A stretch of 64,000 nucleotides of DNA, from contig JBAQNM010000008.1 of the NCBI GenBank assembly GCA_049303795.1, positions 18,288 to 82,287 of the forward strand, read 5' to 3'. Source of the DNA: Candidatus Moraniibacteriota bacterium (lineage in GTDB: Bacteria; Patescibacteriota; Minisyncoccia; Moranbacterales; UBA2206). The position numbers and the translations under genes were made by a program. The notes beneath the pieces were generated by a model. That model was not told the DNA's origin. It did no database searches and saw only the letters and a program-made list of their open reading frames with translations. Shown in pieces: positions 37,306 to 47,040 of the stretch; position 1 is the stretch's first letter; the number at the start of each line of letters is the position of its first letter.

Positions 37306-38061
37306 ATGGATATCTCAATTTTAAAAAAGATAGGTCTGGATGACAAAGAAATTAAAGTTTATTTAAAACTGCTTGAATATGGCGCAATCTCGGTGCGGGG
37401 CCTGGCAGAAATCTCCGAACTTAATCGTGGAACTACCTATGACATCCTAAAAAGACTTCAGGAAATGGGCTTGATCAGCTATTATTATCAAGAAAAAAAG
37501 CAAAAATTTGTCGCTGAGGAGCCGGAAAAACTTTTGGAAATTTTGAAAAATAAGGAACGAGAAATCAAAGAAACAGAAAATAGAATTCTTTCCCTTATTC
37601 CGGAGCTCAAATCAATTCAGGGCAAGGAAGGAGCGAAACCGACTTCTAAATTTTATGAAAATAGAAGTGGAATTAGAACAATTCTGGACGATCTGCTTTT
37701 TTCAATGAGTGAATTGGATAAAAAAGATAGGGAATATTATATTTATTCTTCAACGGAGGCCAGCTCGGATATCAATAAAGCCTACCCAACCTTCACCAAA
37801 GAAAGAATAAAAAAAGAAATAGCGGTAAAATGCATTTCTTTGGCCAAGGGTGGTGGCGTGCATGGATTGGACGAAAGGCGTTGGATGGATACAGATGAAG
37901 ATTCTGCCACTTTTATTTTAATTTATGCCAACAAATGCGCTTTCATTTCCCGCGATTCACAAGGCTTGCCGGTCGGCGTAATCATTGAAAACAAAATGAT
38001 TTATGAAACGCAACGAATGATCTTTTTGAAATTATGGGGTTTTTTAGGAAAAAATATTTAA
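37306..38061 (+). CDS. TrmB-family HTH transcriptional regulator
   Basis: MDISILKKIGLDDKEIKVYLKLLEYGAISVRGLAEISELNRGTTYDILKRLQEMGLI; start trimmed from the track ORF, which runs back into the CT tract. Confidence 0.55.
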   Translation: MDISILKKIGLDDKEIKVYLKLLEYGAISVRGLAEISELNRGTTYDILKRLQEMGLISYYYQEKKQKFVAEEPEKLLEILKNKEREIKETENRILSLIPELKSIQGKEGAKPTSKFYENRSGIRTILDDLLFSMSELDKKDREYYIYSSTEASSDINKAYPTFTKERIKKEIAVKCISLAKGGGVHGLDERRWMDTDEDSATFILIYANKCAFISRDSQGLPVGVIIENKMIYETQRMIFLKLWGFLGKNI

Positions 38062-38070
38062 ACTAAAAAA

Positions 38071-39057
38071 ATGCGTCTAAAAAATATTGTCACAATTGGC
38101 GGAGGAACTGGGAGTTTTATGCTTCTATCAGGACTAAAAAAATATCCGGTTAATATTTCGGCGATTGTGTCGATGGCAGATGATGGCGGCTCAACCGGTA
38201 TGCTTCGCGATGAACTGGGAGTACTTCCTCCAGGTGATGTCAGGCAGTGCTTAGTAGCTTTATCAGAGTCTTCTGAAACATTACGAAAACTTATGAACTA
38301 TCGCTTTAAACAAGGCGGACTGAAAGGTCACAACTTCGGCAATATTTTTTTGTCAGCGCTAGAGAAAGTTAGTGGTAATTTTGAAAAAGGAGTGGAAGAG
38401 GCTTCTAAAATATTAAACATCAAAGGAAAAGTTATTCCGGTTATCAATAAAAGTGTGCGAATGCACATAAAACTTAAAAATGGAAAAATTATTATTGGAG
38501 AAAATAATCTTGACCATAATGAGGAGATAAGAAGAATCGGACTAGAAAAAATATTTCTAAAACCCATAGTTCCAGCCAATAGAAAAGCATTAGAGAAAAT
38601 AAAAAAAGCCGACCTGATTATAATAGGACCTGGAGATTATTATGGCTCTATTATGCCAAACTTATTAGCCAAAAATATACCAGAAGCAATAAATAACTCT
38701 CGAGCTAGAATTATTTATGTATGCAACCTTACTAATAAAAAAGGACAGACTGATAATTTTAGTTTAGAAAAATATACTAGCGAGATAAATAAAATGCTTG
38801 GCTCGTCCAAAATCGATACGGTCATTTTTAATAATAAAAAAATAAATCCTTCTTTGATAAAAAAATACGAAACAAGGGAAGGGAAAAGTTCTGTTGTAAA
38901 AAAAATGGAAGAAGTGAAATTGAGATATAAAATAATTGAAGCGGATATTATAAGAAATATTAGAATCGAAGCGATAAAAAATGGACAATCTTTTATTCGT
39001 CATGACAGCGATAAACTAGCAAAAGTCATAATGAAAATAATGAACAAAAAAATATGA
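38071..39057 (+). CDS. YvcK/CofD-like family protein (gluconeogenesis factor, UPF0052)
   Basis: IVTIGGGTGSFMLLSGLKK...SMADDGGSTG typical of the YvcK N-terminus. Confidence 0.75.
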   Translation: MRLKNIVTIGGGTGSFMLLSGLKKYPVNISAIVSMADDGGSTGMLRDELGVLPPGDVRQCLVALSESSETLRKLMNYRFKQGGLKGHNFGNIFLSALEKVSGNFEKGVEEASKILNIKGKVIPVINKSVRMHIKLKNGKIIIGENNLDHNEEIRRIGLEKIFLKPIVPANRKALEKIKKADLIIIGPGDYYGSIMPNLLAKNIPEAINNSRARIIYVCNLTNKKGQTDNFSLEKYTSEINKMLGSSKIDTVIFNNKKINPSLIKKYETREGKSSVVKKMEEVKLRYKIIEADIIRNIRIEAIKNGQSFIRHDSDKLAKVIMKIMNKKI

Positions 39058-39701
39058 AACTCTTTATAGATTTCGATGATGTCTTATTTAATGCCAAAAA
39101 ATTCAAGACTGATTTGATCAATATTTTCATTAAAAATGGCGTAAGCAAGCTGGAGTTTGAAAATTCCTATTATTCTTTTCGAAAAAAAGACCAAGCTTTG
39201 GGAAAATACTATGACCTTAAAAAACAAATTTCCGCTCTCAAAAAAATCAAAAGACTGAATCATGAAAAGTTAGCTAACGAATTAGCCGACTTCACAGCCA
39301 ATCTTGAAAGCTATGTTTTTTCTGATGTGAAAATATTTCTAGAAAAATTTCCCAAAAAAGATTTATTCCTCATAACTTATGGCCATGAAAAATTTCAAAA
39401 ATTAAAAATTAAAAATTCTGATTTGAAAAAATATTTTAGTCAGATAATAATTACTAAAAATTATAAAGCTGATGATATAAAAGAAGTTTCTGAGAAGCTA
39501 GAATTATCTCTTGAGGAAAAAATAATCCTAATTGATGATCGTCCGGAACAAATCGAGATTGCAAAAAAGAAGAATAAAAAAATTATCACGCTTCGACTGC
39601 GCAGAAAAGAAGGTCGCTATAAAAATTTGATTTGCAAAAATACGGATTATGAAATAAAAAATTTAAAAGAAGCATTAAAAATAATTAATAATCTAAAATA
39701 A
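39054..39701 (+). CDS. HAD-like hydrolase family protein (putative)
   Basis: Motif I LFIDFDDVLF (DxDxV); 4-nt overlap with the upstream gene. Confidence 0.4.
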   Translation: MKLFIDFDDVLFNAKKFKTDLINIFIKNGVSKLEFENSYYSFRKKDQALGKYYDLKKQISALKKIKRLNHEKLANELADFTANLESYVFSDVKIFLEKFPKKDLFLITYGHEKFQKLKIKNSDLKKYFSQIIITKNYKADDIKEVSEKLELSLEEKIILIDDRPEQIEIAKKKNKKIITLRLRRKEGRYKNLICKNTDYEIKNLKEALKIINNLK

Positions 39702-39705
39702 CCAT

Positions 39706-41544
39706 ATGTGTGGAATAATCGCTTATATTGGCAAACAAAAAGCTGTTCCAATTCTTATGGAAGGGCTAAAACAACTAGAATATCGCGGTTACGACAGCTC
39801 GGGTTTTTCAATTCTAGATGCTAAAAAAATAACCACCGTGAAGGCGATGGGAAAAGTAGCAGAGTTGCAAAATAAAATCGGCAATAGAAATTTTTCAGAA
39901 AATATCGGCATCGCACACACACGTTGGGCAACACACGGAAAACCCAGTGATGAAAATTCACACCCCCACGGAGATTGCCAGGGAAATATTTTTTTAGTAC
40001 ACAATGGCATTATTGAAAACTATCAAGAACTTAAAAAAATACTGCGAAAGAAAAAACATAAATTTCTAAGCGAAACCGACTCGGAAGTTCTGGCCCATCT
40101 CATCGAAGAATTTAATAAAAAACTAGACTTCAAAAAATCAGTGCTAGAAGCATTGAAACTTATTCGCGGAACCTATGGCTTGGCAATAATCAACAAAAAC
40201 GAACCGGAAAAAATAATCATTGCTAGAAATGGCTCTCCCTTAATCTTGGGAATTGGCAAAGATGAATTTATCATAGCGTCCGACGCCAGCGCAATTGTTC
40301 GTCACACTGACAAAGTAATTTATTTGGATGATGGAGAAATGGCAGAAATAACTTTCGATAGTTTTGAAATTACAAACATTAAAAACAAACTTGTTAGCAA
40401 AGAAATTTCCAAATTAACTTGGACACTGGAAGAATCAAAAAAGGGCGGATTTGCACATTTCATGCTCAAGGAAATTTTCGAACAACCGGAAGTGATTCGC
40501 AATGGAATGTTGGGAAGAATCGACCGCTTTCTTTCAGAAACTAGCACGCCAATGCTTGGCGGTCTTCGTTCGATCGAAAAAAAACTAAAAAAGATCAAAA
40601 AAATTATCATTGTTGCTTGTGGCACTTCCCATTATTCCGGTTTGGTTGGAGAATATATGCTCGAAGAATATGCTGGCATTCCAACAGAAGTGGAATATGC
40701 CAGCGAGTTTCGCTATCGAAAACCAATTCTAGATTCTTCGACGGCAGTGGTGGCAATTTCTCAATCCGGAGAAACAGCCGACACCCTAGCCGCCATTCGC
40801 GAAGCCAAAAACAAAGGGGCGCTGACACTGGGAATCGTGAACGTCGTTGGTTCAACAATTGCGCGCGAAACCGATGCCGGCACACACACGCTCTCTGGTC
40901 CAGAGATTGGGGTAGCCTCAACCAAAGCTTTTACCACGCAACTTGTGGTTTTGACGCTTTGGACTTTGATGTTTGGTCGACAAAGATCTATGTCGAATGT
41001 GATGAGTAAAAGAATCGCTTCGGAGTTAAAAAAAATTCCAACACTAATTGAAAATATTTTAAAAAATTCCAAAGAAATTAAAAAGATTGCCAAAAAATAT
41101 TCGAGCGCCAAAGATTTTTTGTATTTAGGAAGGAAATATAATTTTCCCATTGCCTTGGAAGGCGCCCTAAAAATAAAAGAGGTTTCTTATGTTCACGCCG
41201 AAGGTTATCCTACCGGAGAAATGAAGCATGGACCGATTGCCCTTATCGATGAAAGTTTTCCCTCAATTTTTATTTGCCCGAAAGATAGTGTCTATGAAAA
41301 AAATTTAAGTGGTATGCAAGAAATTAAGGCGCGTGGTGGGAAAATAATTGCCATTGCTACGGAAGGCGACAAAGAAATTGCCAAAATTGCCGACGACGTA
41401 ATTTATATTCCAAAAACTCTCGAGATGCTCACCCCGCTCATTTCCGTCATCCCACTCCAACTTTTCGCCTATTATTTTGGCGTGGCCAAAGGTTATGACG
41501 TGGACAAACCAAGAAATCTAGCGAAGTCTGTGACAGTGGAATAG
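39706..41544 (+). CDS. glmS: Glutamine--fructose-6-phosphate aminotransferase
   Basis: N-terminal MCGIIAY (Ntn Cys); two SIS domains; 612 aa. Confidence 0.9.
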   Translation: MCGIIAYIGKQKAVPILMEGLKQLEYRGYDSSGFSILDAKKITTVKAMGKVAELQNKIGNRNFSENIGIAHTRWATHGKPSDENSHPHGDCQGNIFLVHNGIIENYQELKKILRKKKHKFLSETDSEVLAHLIEEFNKKLDFKKSVLEALKLIRGTYGLAIINKNEPEKIIIARNGSPLILGIGKDEFIIASDASAIVRHTDKVIYLDDGEMAEITFDSFEITNIKNKLVSKEISKLTWTLEESKKGGFAHFMLKEIFEQPEVIRNGMLGRIDRFLSETSTPMLGGLRSIEKKLKKIKKIIIVACGTSHYSGLVGEYMLEEYAGIPTEVEYASEFRYRKPILDSSTAVVAISQSGETADTLAAIREAKNKGALTLGIVNVVGSTIARETDAGTHTLSGPEIGVASTKAFTTQLVVLTLWTLMFGRQRSMSNVMSKRIASELKKIPTLIENILKNSKEIKKIAKKYSSAKDFLYLGRKYNFPIALEGALKIKEVSYVHAEGYPTGEMKHGPIALIDESFPSIFICPKDSVYEKNLSGMQEIKARGGKIIAIATEGDKEIAKIADDVIYIPKTLEMLTPLISVIPLQLFAYYFGVAKGYDVDKPRNLAKSVTVE

Positions 41545-41689
41545 CCCTTGATTTATTAAGATAAAATATCACTAATTATTTACACAAATAAATTATAAAA
41601 CAAGGGTTTATATTAAATAAACTTCGAATATTTATTAGCTTGACATTCAGACTAAAATTTAGTAGCTTTGCGTTAGGTAACAAATTTAC

Positions 41690-41716
41690 CAAATCCAATG
41701 ATAGGCATTGGATTTA
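41690..41716 (+). promoter_or_regulatory. 10-bp stem hairpin in the metK 5' leader
   Basis: aaatccaatgataggcattggattt, about 40 nt upstream of metK ATG. Confidence 0.3.
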
Positions 41717-41754
41717 CCGTCCCTTAACAACCAATTTTTAGAGGAGAAAACGTT

Positions 41755-42909
41755 ATGATCTCAGGAATGCCCCAAAACGAACTGAAGAAGATGGAAAGAT
41801 CAGCAGAAAGCGTAACGCCAGGCCATCCGGACAAAATCTGTGATAGAATGGCAGACATGTTCGTTGATGAATGCATGAAAGCAAATCTCGACGTCGCCCC
41901 CAATAAAATGGTCGGGCGTATGGCGGCTGAGGTTACCGGAGGACATGGAGAAGTCTATGTCACCGGTGAATGCCGGATTGCAGGAGCGGAAACACAGGAA
42001 GATCTCCAGACTTTTATCGGCGGATGTGAAAAAAATATCAAAGCCATTTACAAAGAGATCACTGGATGCCAGTTGAACCACGTTCGCCTGAATATGGTTC
42101 CTCAGTCGGCAGATATTGCCGCTGGTGTTGACATTGGCGGCGCAGGAGATCAAGGAGTAATGATCGGGTATGCAACAAATGAAACGCCCGAAATGTTACC
42201 CAGACCTTTTCTGCTGGCCAGAAAAATCACCAAGGCACTCTATGCAGAAGCCATGAATAACCCTGATACCTGGATGCAAACTGACGGAAAGTCAGTGGTA
42301 ATCATGCGCAATGGAACAGTCGCTTCAGTTGTCGTGGCCATTCAACACAAAAATGGCAACGATAAGGAAGCAATGACGGAAGATTTACTGAAAAGGATCG
42401 TCATGCCCGTTCTCGGATACGCACCAACTCGTTTTGTCGTCAATGGCGCAGGAATATTCTGCATCGGCGGGTTCGAGGCCGACGCCGGCACAACCGGACG
42501 TAAATTGATTATTGATAACTACGGTCCCGAACTGCAAATCGGCGGCGGAGCATATTCCGGAAAAGATGCAACCAAGGTTGATCGGTCAGCAGCATACATG
42601 GCTCGTTATATTGCCAAAAATGCTGTAGCCCATGGGATCGGCGGATCGGAAAAAGTTACCGTTCAGTTTGCCTACGCCATCGGAATTGAACAGCCCGAGG
42701 CTATCATTGCAATCAACCAGAAAGGCGTCGACATCTCCGGATGGGTACGACACAACTTCGATCTCAGTCCCAGAGGCATCATTGAACGCCTGAATCTCTG
42801 GCGTCCGATATATCAGGAAGTCTGTACCGGCGGCCATTATGGCCTGAACCATGAGGCGTCAGACAAATTGGACGTCTGGACATGGGAAGATATTGACCCT
42901 TCACTTTAA
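41755..42909 (+). CDS. metK: S-adenosylmethionine synthetase
   Basis: GHPDKICD, GAGDQGVMIGYA, TGRKLIIDNYG, GGGAYSGKDATKVDRSAAY MetK signatures; GC-rich relative to surroundings. Confidence 0.8.
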   Translation: MISGMPQNELKKMERSAESVTPGHPDKICDRMADMFVDECMKANLDVAPNKMVGRMAAEVTGGHGEVYVTGECRIAGAETQEDLQTFIGGCEKNIKAIYKEITGCQLNHVRLNMVPQSADIAAGVDIGGAGDQGVMIGYATNETPEMLPRPFLLARKITKALYAEAMNNPDTWMQTDGKSVVIMRNGTVASVVVAIQHKNGNDKEAMTEDLLKRIVMPVLGYAPTRFVVNGAGIFCIGGFEADAGTTGRKLIIDNYGPELQIGGGAYSGKDATKVDRSAAYMARYIAKNAVAHGIGGSEKVTVQFAYAIGIEQPEAIIAINQKGVDISGWVRHNFDLSPRGIIERLNLWRPIYQEVCTGGHYGLNHEASDKLDVWTWEDIDPSL

Positions 42910-42921
42910 AGGAGAATCACC

Positions 42922-44241
42922 ATGACAAACAAAAAACCCACCGACCAGAACAGAAGTATGATGGGCATGCGCAGCGCCGACACCGGTAATTGGGGTGTTG
43001 GCACTTCAATCTTACATGCAGGTTACGACGCAGACAGATCCGAAGGAGCAGCAGTTGTACCATATTTTCCATGCTCAACTTATGCCTTTTCTTCGGCAGA
43101 AAAAGGAGCCGAGGCATTTGAGCTGGCGTTAGCCGGCAGTAATGAAGGTGAACTGATCTACGCTCGGGTAAACCACCCGAATGCGCAGATACTGGAGGAT
43201 CGATTGAAATATATCGAGCCAGGTACTGACACGGCATTGATTTTCAATTCGGGAATGTCAGCCATCTTCACAAGCATACTGGCACTTCTACCAAAAGAAA
43301 AGACCTTGGTCTTCTCTGATCCGCTTTACGGAGGAACGTATCATTTTTTTGAAACCATTCTGGGCCAAAAGTTCGGCTATAATGTGCAGATGGTCGACAC
43401 GAGTGATATTGAGAAAACCGGAAAGCTTTTTGCGGAAATTGGGTCAAATCTGGGTATGGTGTTTTTGGAAACACCAGCTAACCCAACCCTGAGGATGACC
43501 GATATTAAACTGGTTGCAAAGATGGCAAAAACAGCTAATCCGAATTGTTTTGTTATGGTGGATAATACCTTCTTGGGATTATTCCAAGCCGTATTCAAAA
43601 TTTCGCGAGATGTTGATTTTGTCGTTTACTCAGCGACCAAATACATCGGCGGTCATTCCACGGTGGTGGCAGGGGCTCTTATGGCCCGAGAAGAAATGCG
43701 CACCCATATTCCCAGCATTAAAGAAATGCGCATCATGGCTGGAACGATTCTGCCACCATACGAAGCATGGACATTGCTTCAGCAGATCAAAACCTACCCC
43801 ATGCGTATGAGAAAACAGGCCAAAAATGCGACTATTATCGCAAAGGCCTTGCAAAAAAATCAATTCGTAAAGAAAGTCATTCATCCATCTCTCCTGACGG
43901 AAAATGACCCGGCATACGAAATTTATAAAAGGCAGTGCACTGGTCCCGGAGCGATAATTTCTTTTTATCTCTACAAAGATCAGCGCAAATATGCCTCCCT
44001 CTTTCTTGACGCAGTTAAGCAAACAAATATCATCATGATGGCCGTTTCCCTTGGTGGGGTTGAAACATTAATCGAACACCCCGCCTCGATGACCCATAGT
44101 GAGATGCCACCGGAAGTGCAACGCAAAAACGGAATCAGTGAGTCGCTCATTCGATTGTCCGTTGGCATTGAAGACCCCGAGGACATCATCGCTGCCCTTA
44201 TCGGATCACTAAACATCATTGATTTTATTGGTCTCGGCTAG
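42922..44241 (+). CDS. PLP-dependent Cys/Met metabolism enzyme (O-acetylhomoserine sulfhydrylase/methionine gamma-lyase family)
   Basis: SATKYIGGHSTVVAGAL (PLP-Lys region) and overall MetY/MetC-like fold signature. Confidence 0.7.
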   Translation: MTNKKPTDQNRSMMGMRSADTGNWGVGTSILHAGYDADRSEGAAVVPYFPCSTYAFSSAEKGAEAFELALAGSNEGELIYARVNHPNAQILEDRLKYIEPGTDTALIFNSGMSAIFTSILALLPKEKTLVFSDPLYGGTYHFFETILGQKFGYNVQMVDTSDIEKTGKLFAEIGSNLGMVFLETPANPTLRMTDIKLVAKMAKTANPNCFVMVDNTFLGLFQAVFKISRDVDFVVYSATKYIGGHSTVVAGALMAREEMRTHIPSIKEMRIMAGTILPPYEAWTLLQQIKTYPMRMRKQAKNATIIAKALQKNQFVKKVIHPSLLTENDPAYEIYKRQCTGPGAIISFYLYKDQRKYASLFLDAVKQTNIIMMAVSLGGVETLIEHPASMTHSEMPPEVQRKNGISESLIRLSVGIEDPEDIIAALIGSLNIIDFIGLG

Positions 44242-44339
44242 GAAAAGCTGGACCAAAATTAAAATCAATAAAAAAACAATCTTAAAGAGGGGGTGCGATC
44301 TTTGTATCGCTCCCCCTTCATTATTAAAAGGAGGTGCTC

Positions 44340-46004
44340 ATGAACAGAAATGTTTTAATTGCTAAGGCCTGGCCATATGCCAATGGTCCTTTGCATATTG
44401 GACATCTGGCAGGACTACTCGGTGCCGATGTCTTGGCGAGATATTTTCGCCTGGCCGGAGACAACATACTATTCGTATCAGGAACCGACTGTCATGGAAC
44501 GCCCATTATGAATCGGGCGATTGACGAAGGAATCAACCCTGAAGATGTTGTTAAAAAATACCACAAACAATTCACCGAGTGTTTTCAGAGATTAGGCTTT
44601 ACTCATGATCTCTACACGCTCACCTATACACCGGAACATCACAAGATGGTGCAGCAAATTTTTCGCAAGCTTCATGAAAAAGGACATCTCGTTCCCAGAA
44701 ATGAAATTCAGTTATTCTGTCCGGACTGCAATCAGTTTTTAGTGGATAGGCTGGTTGAAGGAAATTGTCCCTATTGCCATGAAGCAAATGCGCGCGGAGA
44801 TCAATGCGATGCTTGCAGTAAAACCTACGAAGCCATTGAACTTCTTGACCCGCATTGCAAAAAATGCGGTCAAGCTGCGGAAAAAAGAGCATCGGAACAT
44901 CTGTATTTTGATTTGGCCAATTTTTCAGAACAACTCCAGAGCTGGTCTTCTCAAGTTAACGGTCAGTGGAGAGAAAACGCCAAAAGCGTTACGCAAAGCT
45001 GGCTGGACAGCAACTTGCACGACAGGGCGGTTACCCGTGATTTAGAATGGGGCATCGATGTCCCCGTTCAAGGTTTCGAGAAGAAAAAAATCTATGTCTG
45101 GTTTGATGCGGTATTGGGTTATTTAACAACCTCCATTATTCACTGCGGCGGCGATATTGAAAGCGGCCCGTGGGAAAAATGGTGGCGCCCAAATAAAGAC
45201 CTGCTTCATTACTACGTTCACGGGAAAGACAATATTCCCTTCCACACAATCATCTTTCCGGCAATGCTCATGGGACTTGGAAACCTGGAGCTGCCCACCC
45301 ACATTATTTCATCTGAATATCTTAACCTGCCGGCTGGTCACAAATTCTCCAAGTCTTCCGGCTACGGAGCAACCCTACCTCAATTCTTTGATCTGGTTGA
45401 TTCGGTCGAAGCTCTTGAAGTGGATTCAATGAGATTCTTCTTGATCATCCGTGGTCCGGAAACAAAAGATTCCCATTTCTCATGGGAAGATCTGACAATG
45501 CTTCACAACTCCGAACTGGTTAATAAATTCGGCAATATTGTGAGCAGAATTACAAGTCTGATCTCGAATAAATTCGATAATTCTGTTCCGAAATCATCAG
45601 ATCGCTCTCATGAACAAATCGCCTTATTGGAAAAAGTGGCCATAGCATATCAGGCCACTGGTGAATACATTGAAAAAGGTGAGTTTCGCCTGGGCTGTCA
45701 GACAGTCATCGAACTGATAAGGGAGGCCAATAACCTGATCAATCTGGAAGAGCCCTGGAAACAAATCAGTCTTGATCCGCAAAAAGCAATGGACACGCTA
45801 AACACATCAGTGCAGGTTTTGTTTAATCTGCGAACATTGCTCGAACCATTTATTCCATTTGCGGCGCAAAAATTAACCGAGATATTGAATGCCTCATCCA
45901 TTCCAAAGCAGTGGAAAATGCAAATACTGCCAAATGGCTGGAAACTGGGTGAAAACAATCACATCTTCACTCGAATTAAAGAAGACCAACTGCCGAAAGA
46001 ATAG
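44340..46004 (+). CDS. metG: Methionyl-tRNA synthetase
   Basis: HIGH motif PLHIGHLAG; zinc knuckles CPDC...CPYC...CDAC; KMSKS variant HKFSKSSG; RBS aaaggaggtg. Confidence 0.9.
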   Translation: MNRNVLIAKAWPYANGPLHIGHLAGLLGADVLARYFRLAGDNILFVSGTDCHGTPIMNRAIDEGINPEDVVKKYHKQFTECFQRLGFTHDLYTLTYTPEHHKMVQQIFRKLHEKGHLVPRNEIQLFCPDCNQFLVDRLVEGNCPYCHEANARGDQCDACSKTYEAIELLDPHCKKCGQAAEKRASEHLYFDLANFSEQLQSWSSQVNGQWRENAKSVTQSWLDSNLHDRAVTRDLEWGIDVPVQGFEKKKIYVWFDAVLGYLTTSIIHCGGDIESGPWEKWWRPNKDLLHYYVHGKDNIPFHTIIFPAMLMGLGNLELPTHIISSEYLNLPAGHKFSKSSGYGATLPQFFDLVDSVEALEVDSMRFFLIIRGPETKDSHFSWEDLTMLHNSELVNKFGNIVSRITSLISNKFDNSVPKSSDRSHEQIALLEKVAIAYQATGEYIEKGEFRLGCQTVIELIREANNLINLEEPWKQISLDPQKAMDTLNTSVQVLFNLRTLLEPFIPFAAQKLTEILNASSIPKQWKMQILPNGWKLGENNHIFTRIKEDQLPKE

Positions 46005-46074
46005 GCAGAAAAACGGTTTTCAAAAAAACAACACGCCCCTGGGTCCGTCAAGGATTCCAGGGGTTTTTATTTAC

Positions 46075-46848
46075 CTAAATCAATTTATCTCCAACAGACA
46101 GATCAAAATAATTTTTAGCTGATCCACCCTGAACGACAATTTCTACAAAGCGCATTTTTTCCAAGCCTGAGCTTCCAGTTATAAAAGCAGCCTGTTTATC
46201 TGGAACATCTTTTAGTCTTTTATAATGCGAGATATACGTTTCTTTAATGATAATATTATCAGGCAATTCTTCTTCTAAAAAAGTAGTCTTGCAATTACCA
46301 AAATTATCAATCCACCAAATTACCTCTCCTATTTCAGCAAATTCTTCAATAGCTATTAAATCTGATTCAACTTCCTTTTCCTTAATTATATATTCAGCAA
46401 TGCGAGGTAGAAAATCAAAACTACGAAATTGCGTATTAATAATATATTCTTTTTGCTCTGCTGTTATATATCCTTTTTTAAATAAACTTTCGACTACAAC
46501 TGGAATATTCAAATTATTGATAAAATTTGTCAGCTTTAATTTCTTAACTAAAGATAAAGATAATCCGTCAATAGTAGATATAATCAAAGCATTTTTATAT
46601 TTAAAATACCCAAATGGAGATCCGTTTTTCCATTTTTTAGCCTTAGCATCTCTGGGAGCAACATTAACCAAAATCACACCTTGCCTTTCCTCGAGAGCAT
46701 CCAAAGCATCAATTAAATTTCCAGCAGCTTCAATTTCATTATTTACCCGAATATAATTTACTGGGCATTGCAATATTGAGCTGGTTCTGGTAACTTGCCT
46801 GCCTACCGCGTTATCATCGCTACAATCATTTATTATTGTTACTATCAT
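46075..46848 (-). CDS. SAM hydroxide adenosyltransferase-like (DUF62) family protein (putative)
   Basis: C-terminal WIDNFGNCKTTF resembles the conserved ID-FGN-TN motif of DUF62; N-terminal block weakly similar. Confidence 0.45.
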   Translation of the reverse strand: MIVTIINDCSDDNAVGRQVTRTSSILQCPVNYIRVNNEIEAAGNLIDALDALEERQGVILVNVAPRDAKAKKWKNGSPFGYFKYKNALIISTIDGLSLSLVKKLKLTNFINNLNIPVVVESLFKKGYITAEQKEYIINTQFRSFDFLPRIAEYIIKEKEVESDLIAIEEFAEIGEVIWWIDNFGNCKTTFLEEELPDNIIIKETYISHYKRLKDVPDKQAAFITGSSGLEKMRFVEIVVQGGSAKNYFDLSVGDKLI

Positions 46849-47040
46849 AGTTTATTTGTTAAATATTAAAAATTTTAAATAAATAAAAACAGCCTCTCTA
46901 GGAAGGCTGGGATATTTTAGTGTGTAATAAAACTAAAATGCAACCTTCCTATTCTAAGGCATCATATCCATCATGAGTTGCATTAATACATTATTCATGT
47001 TTTTCATATTACATTATTGCTATGAATAATGCAAGGATCT

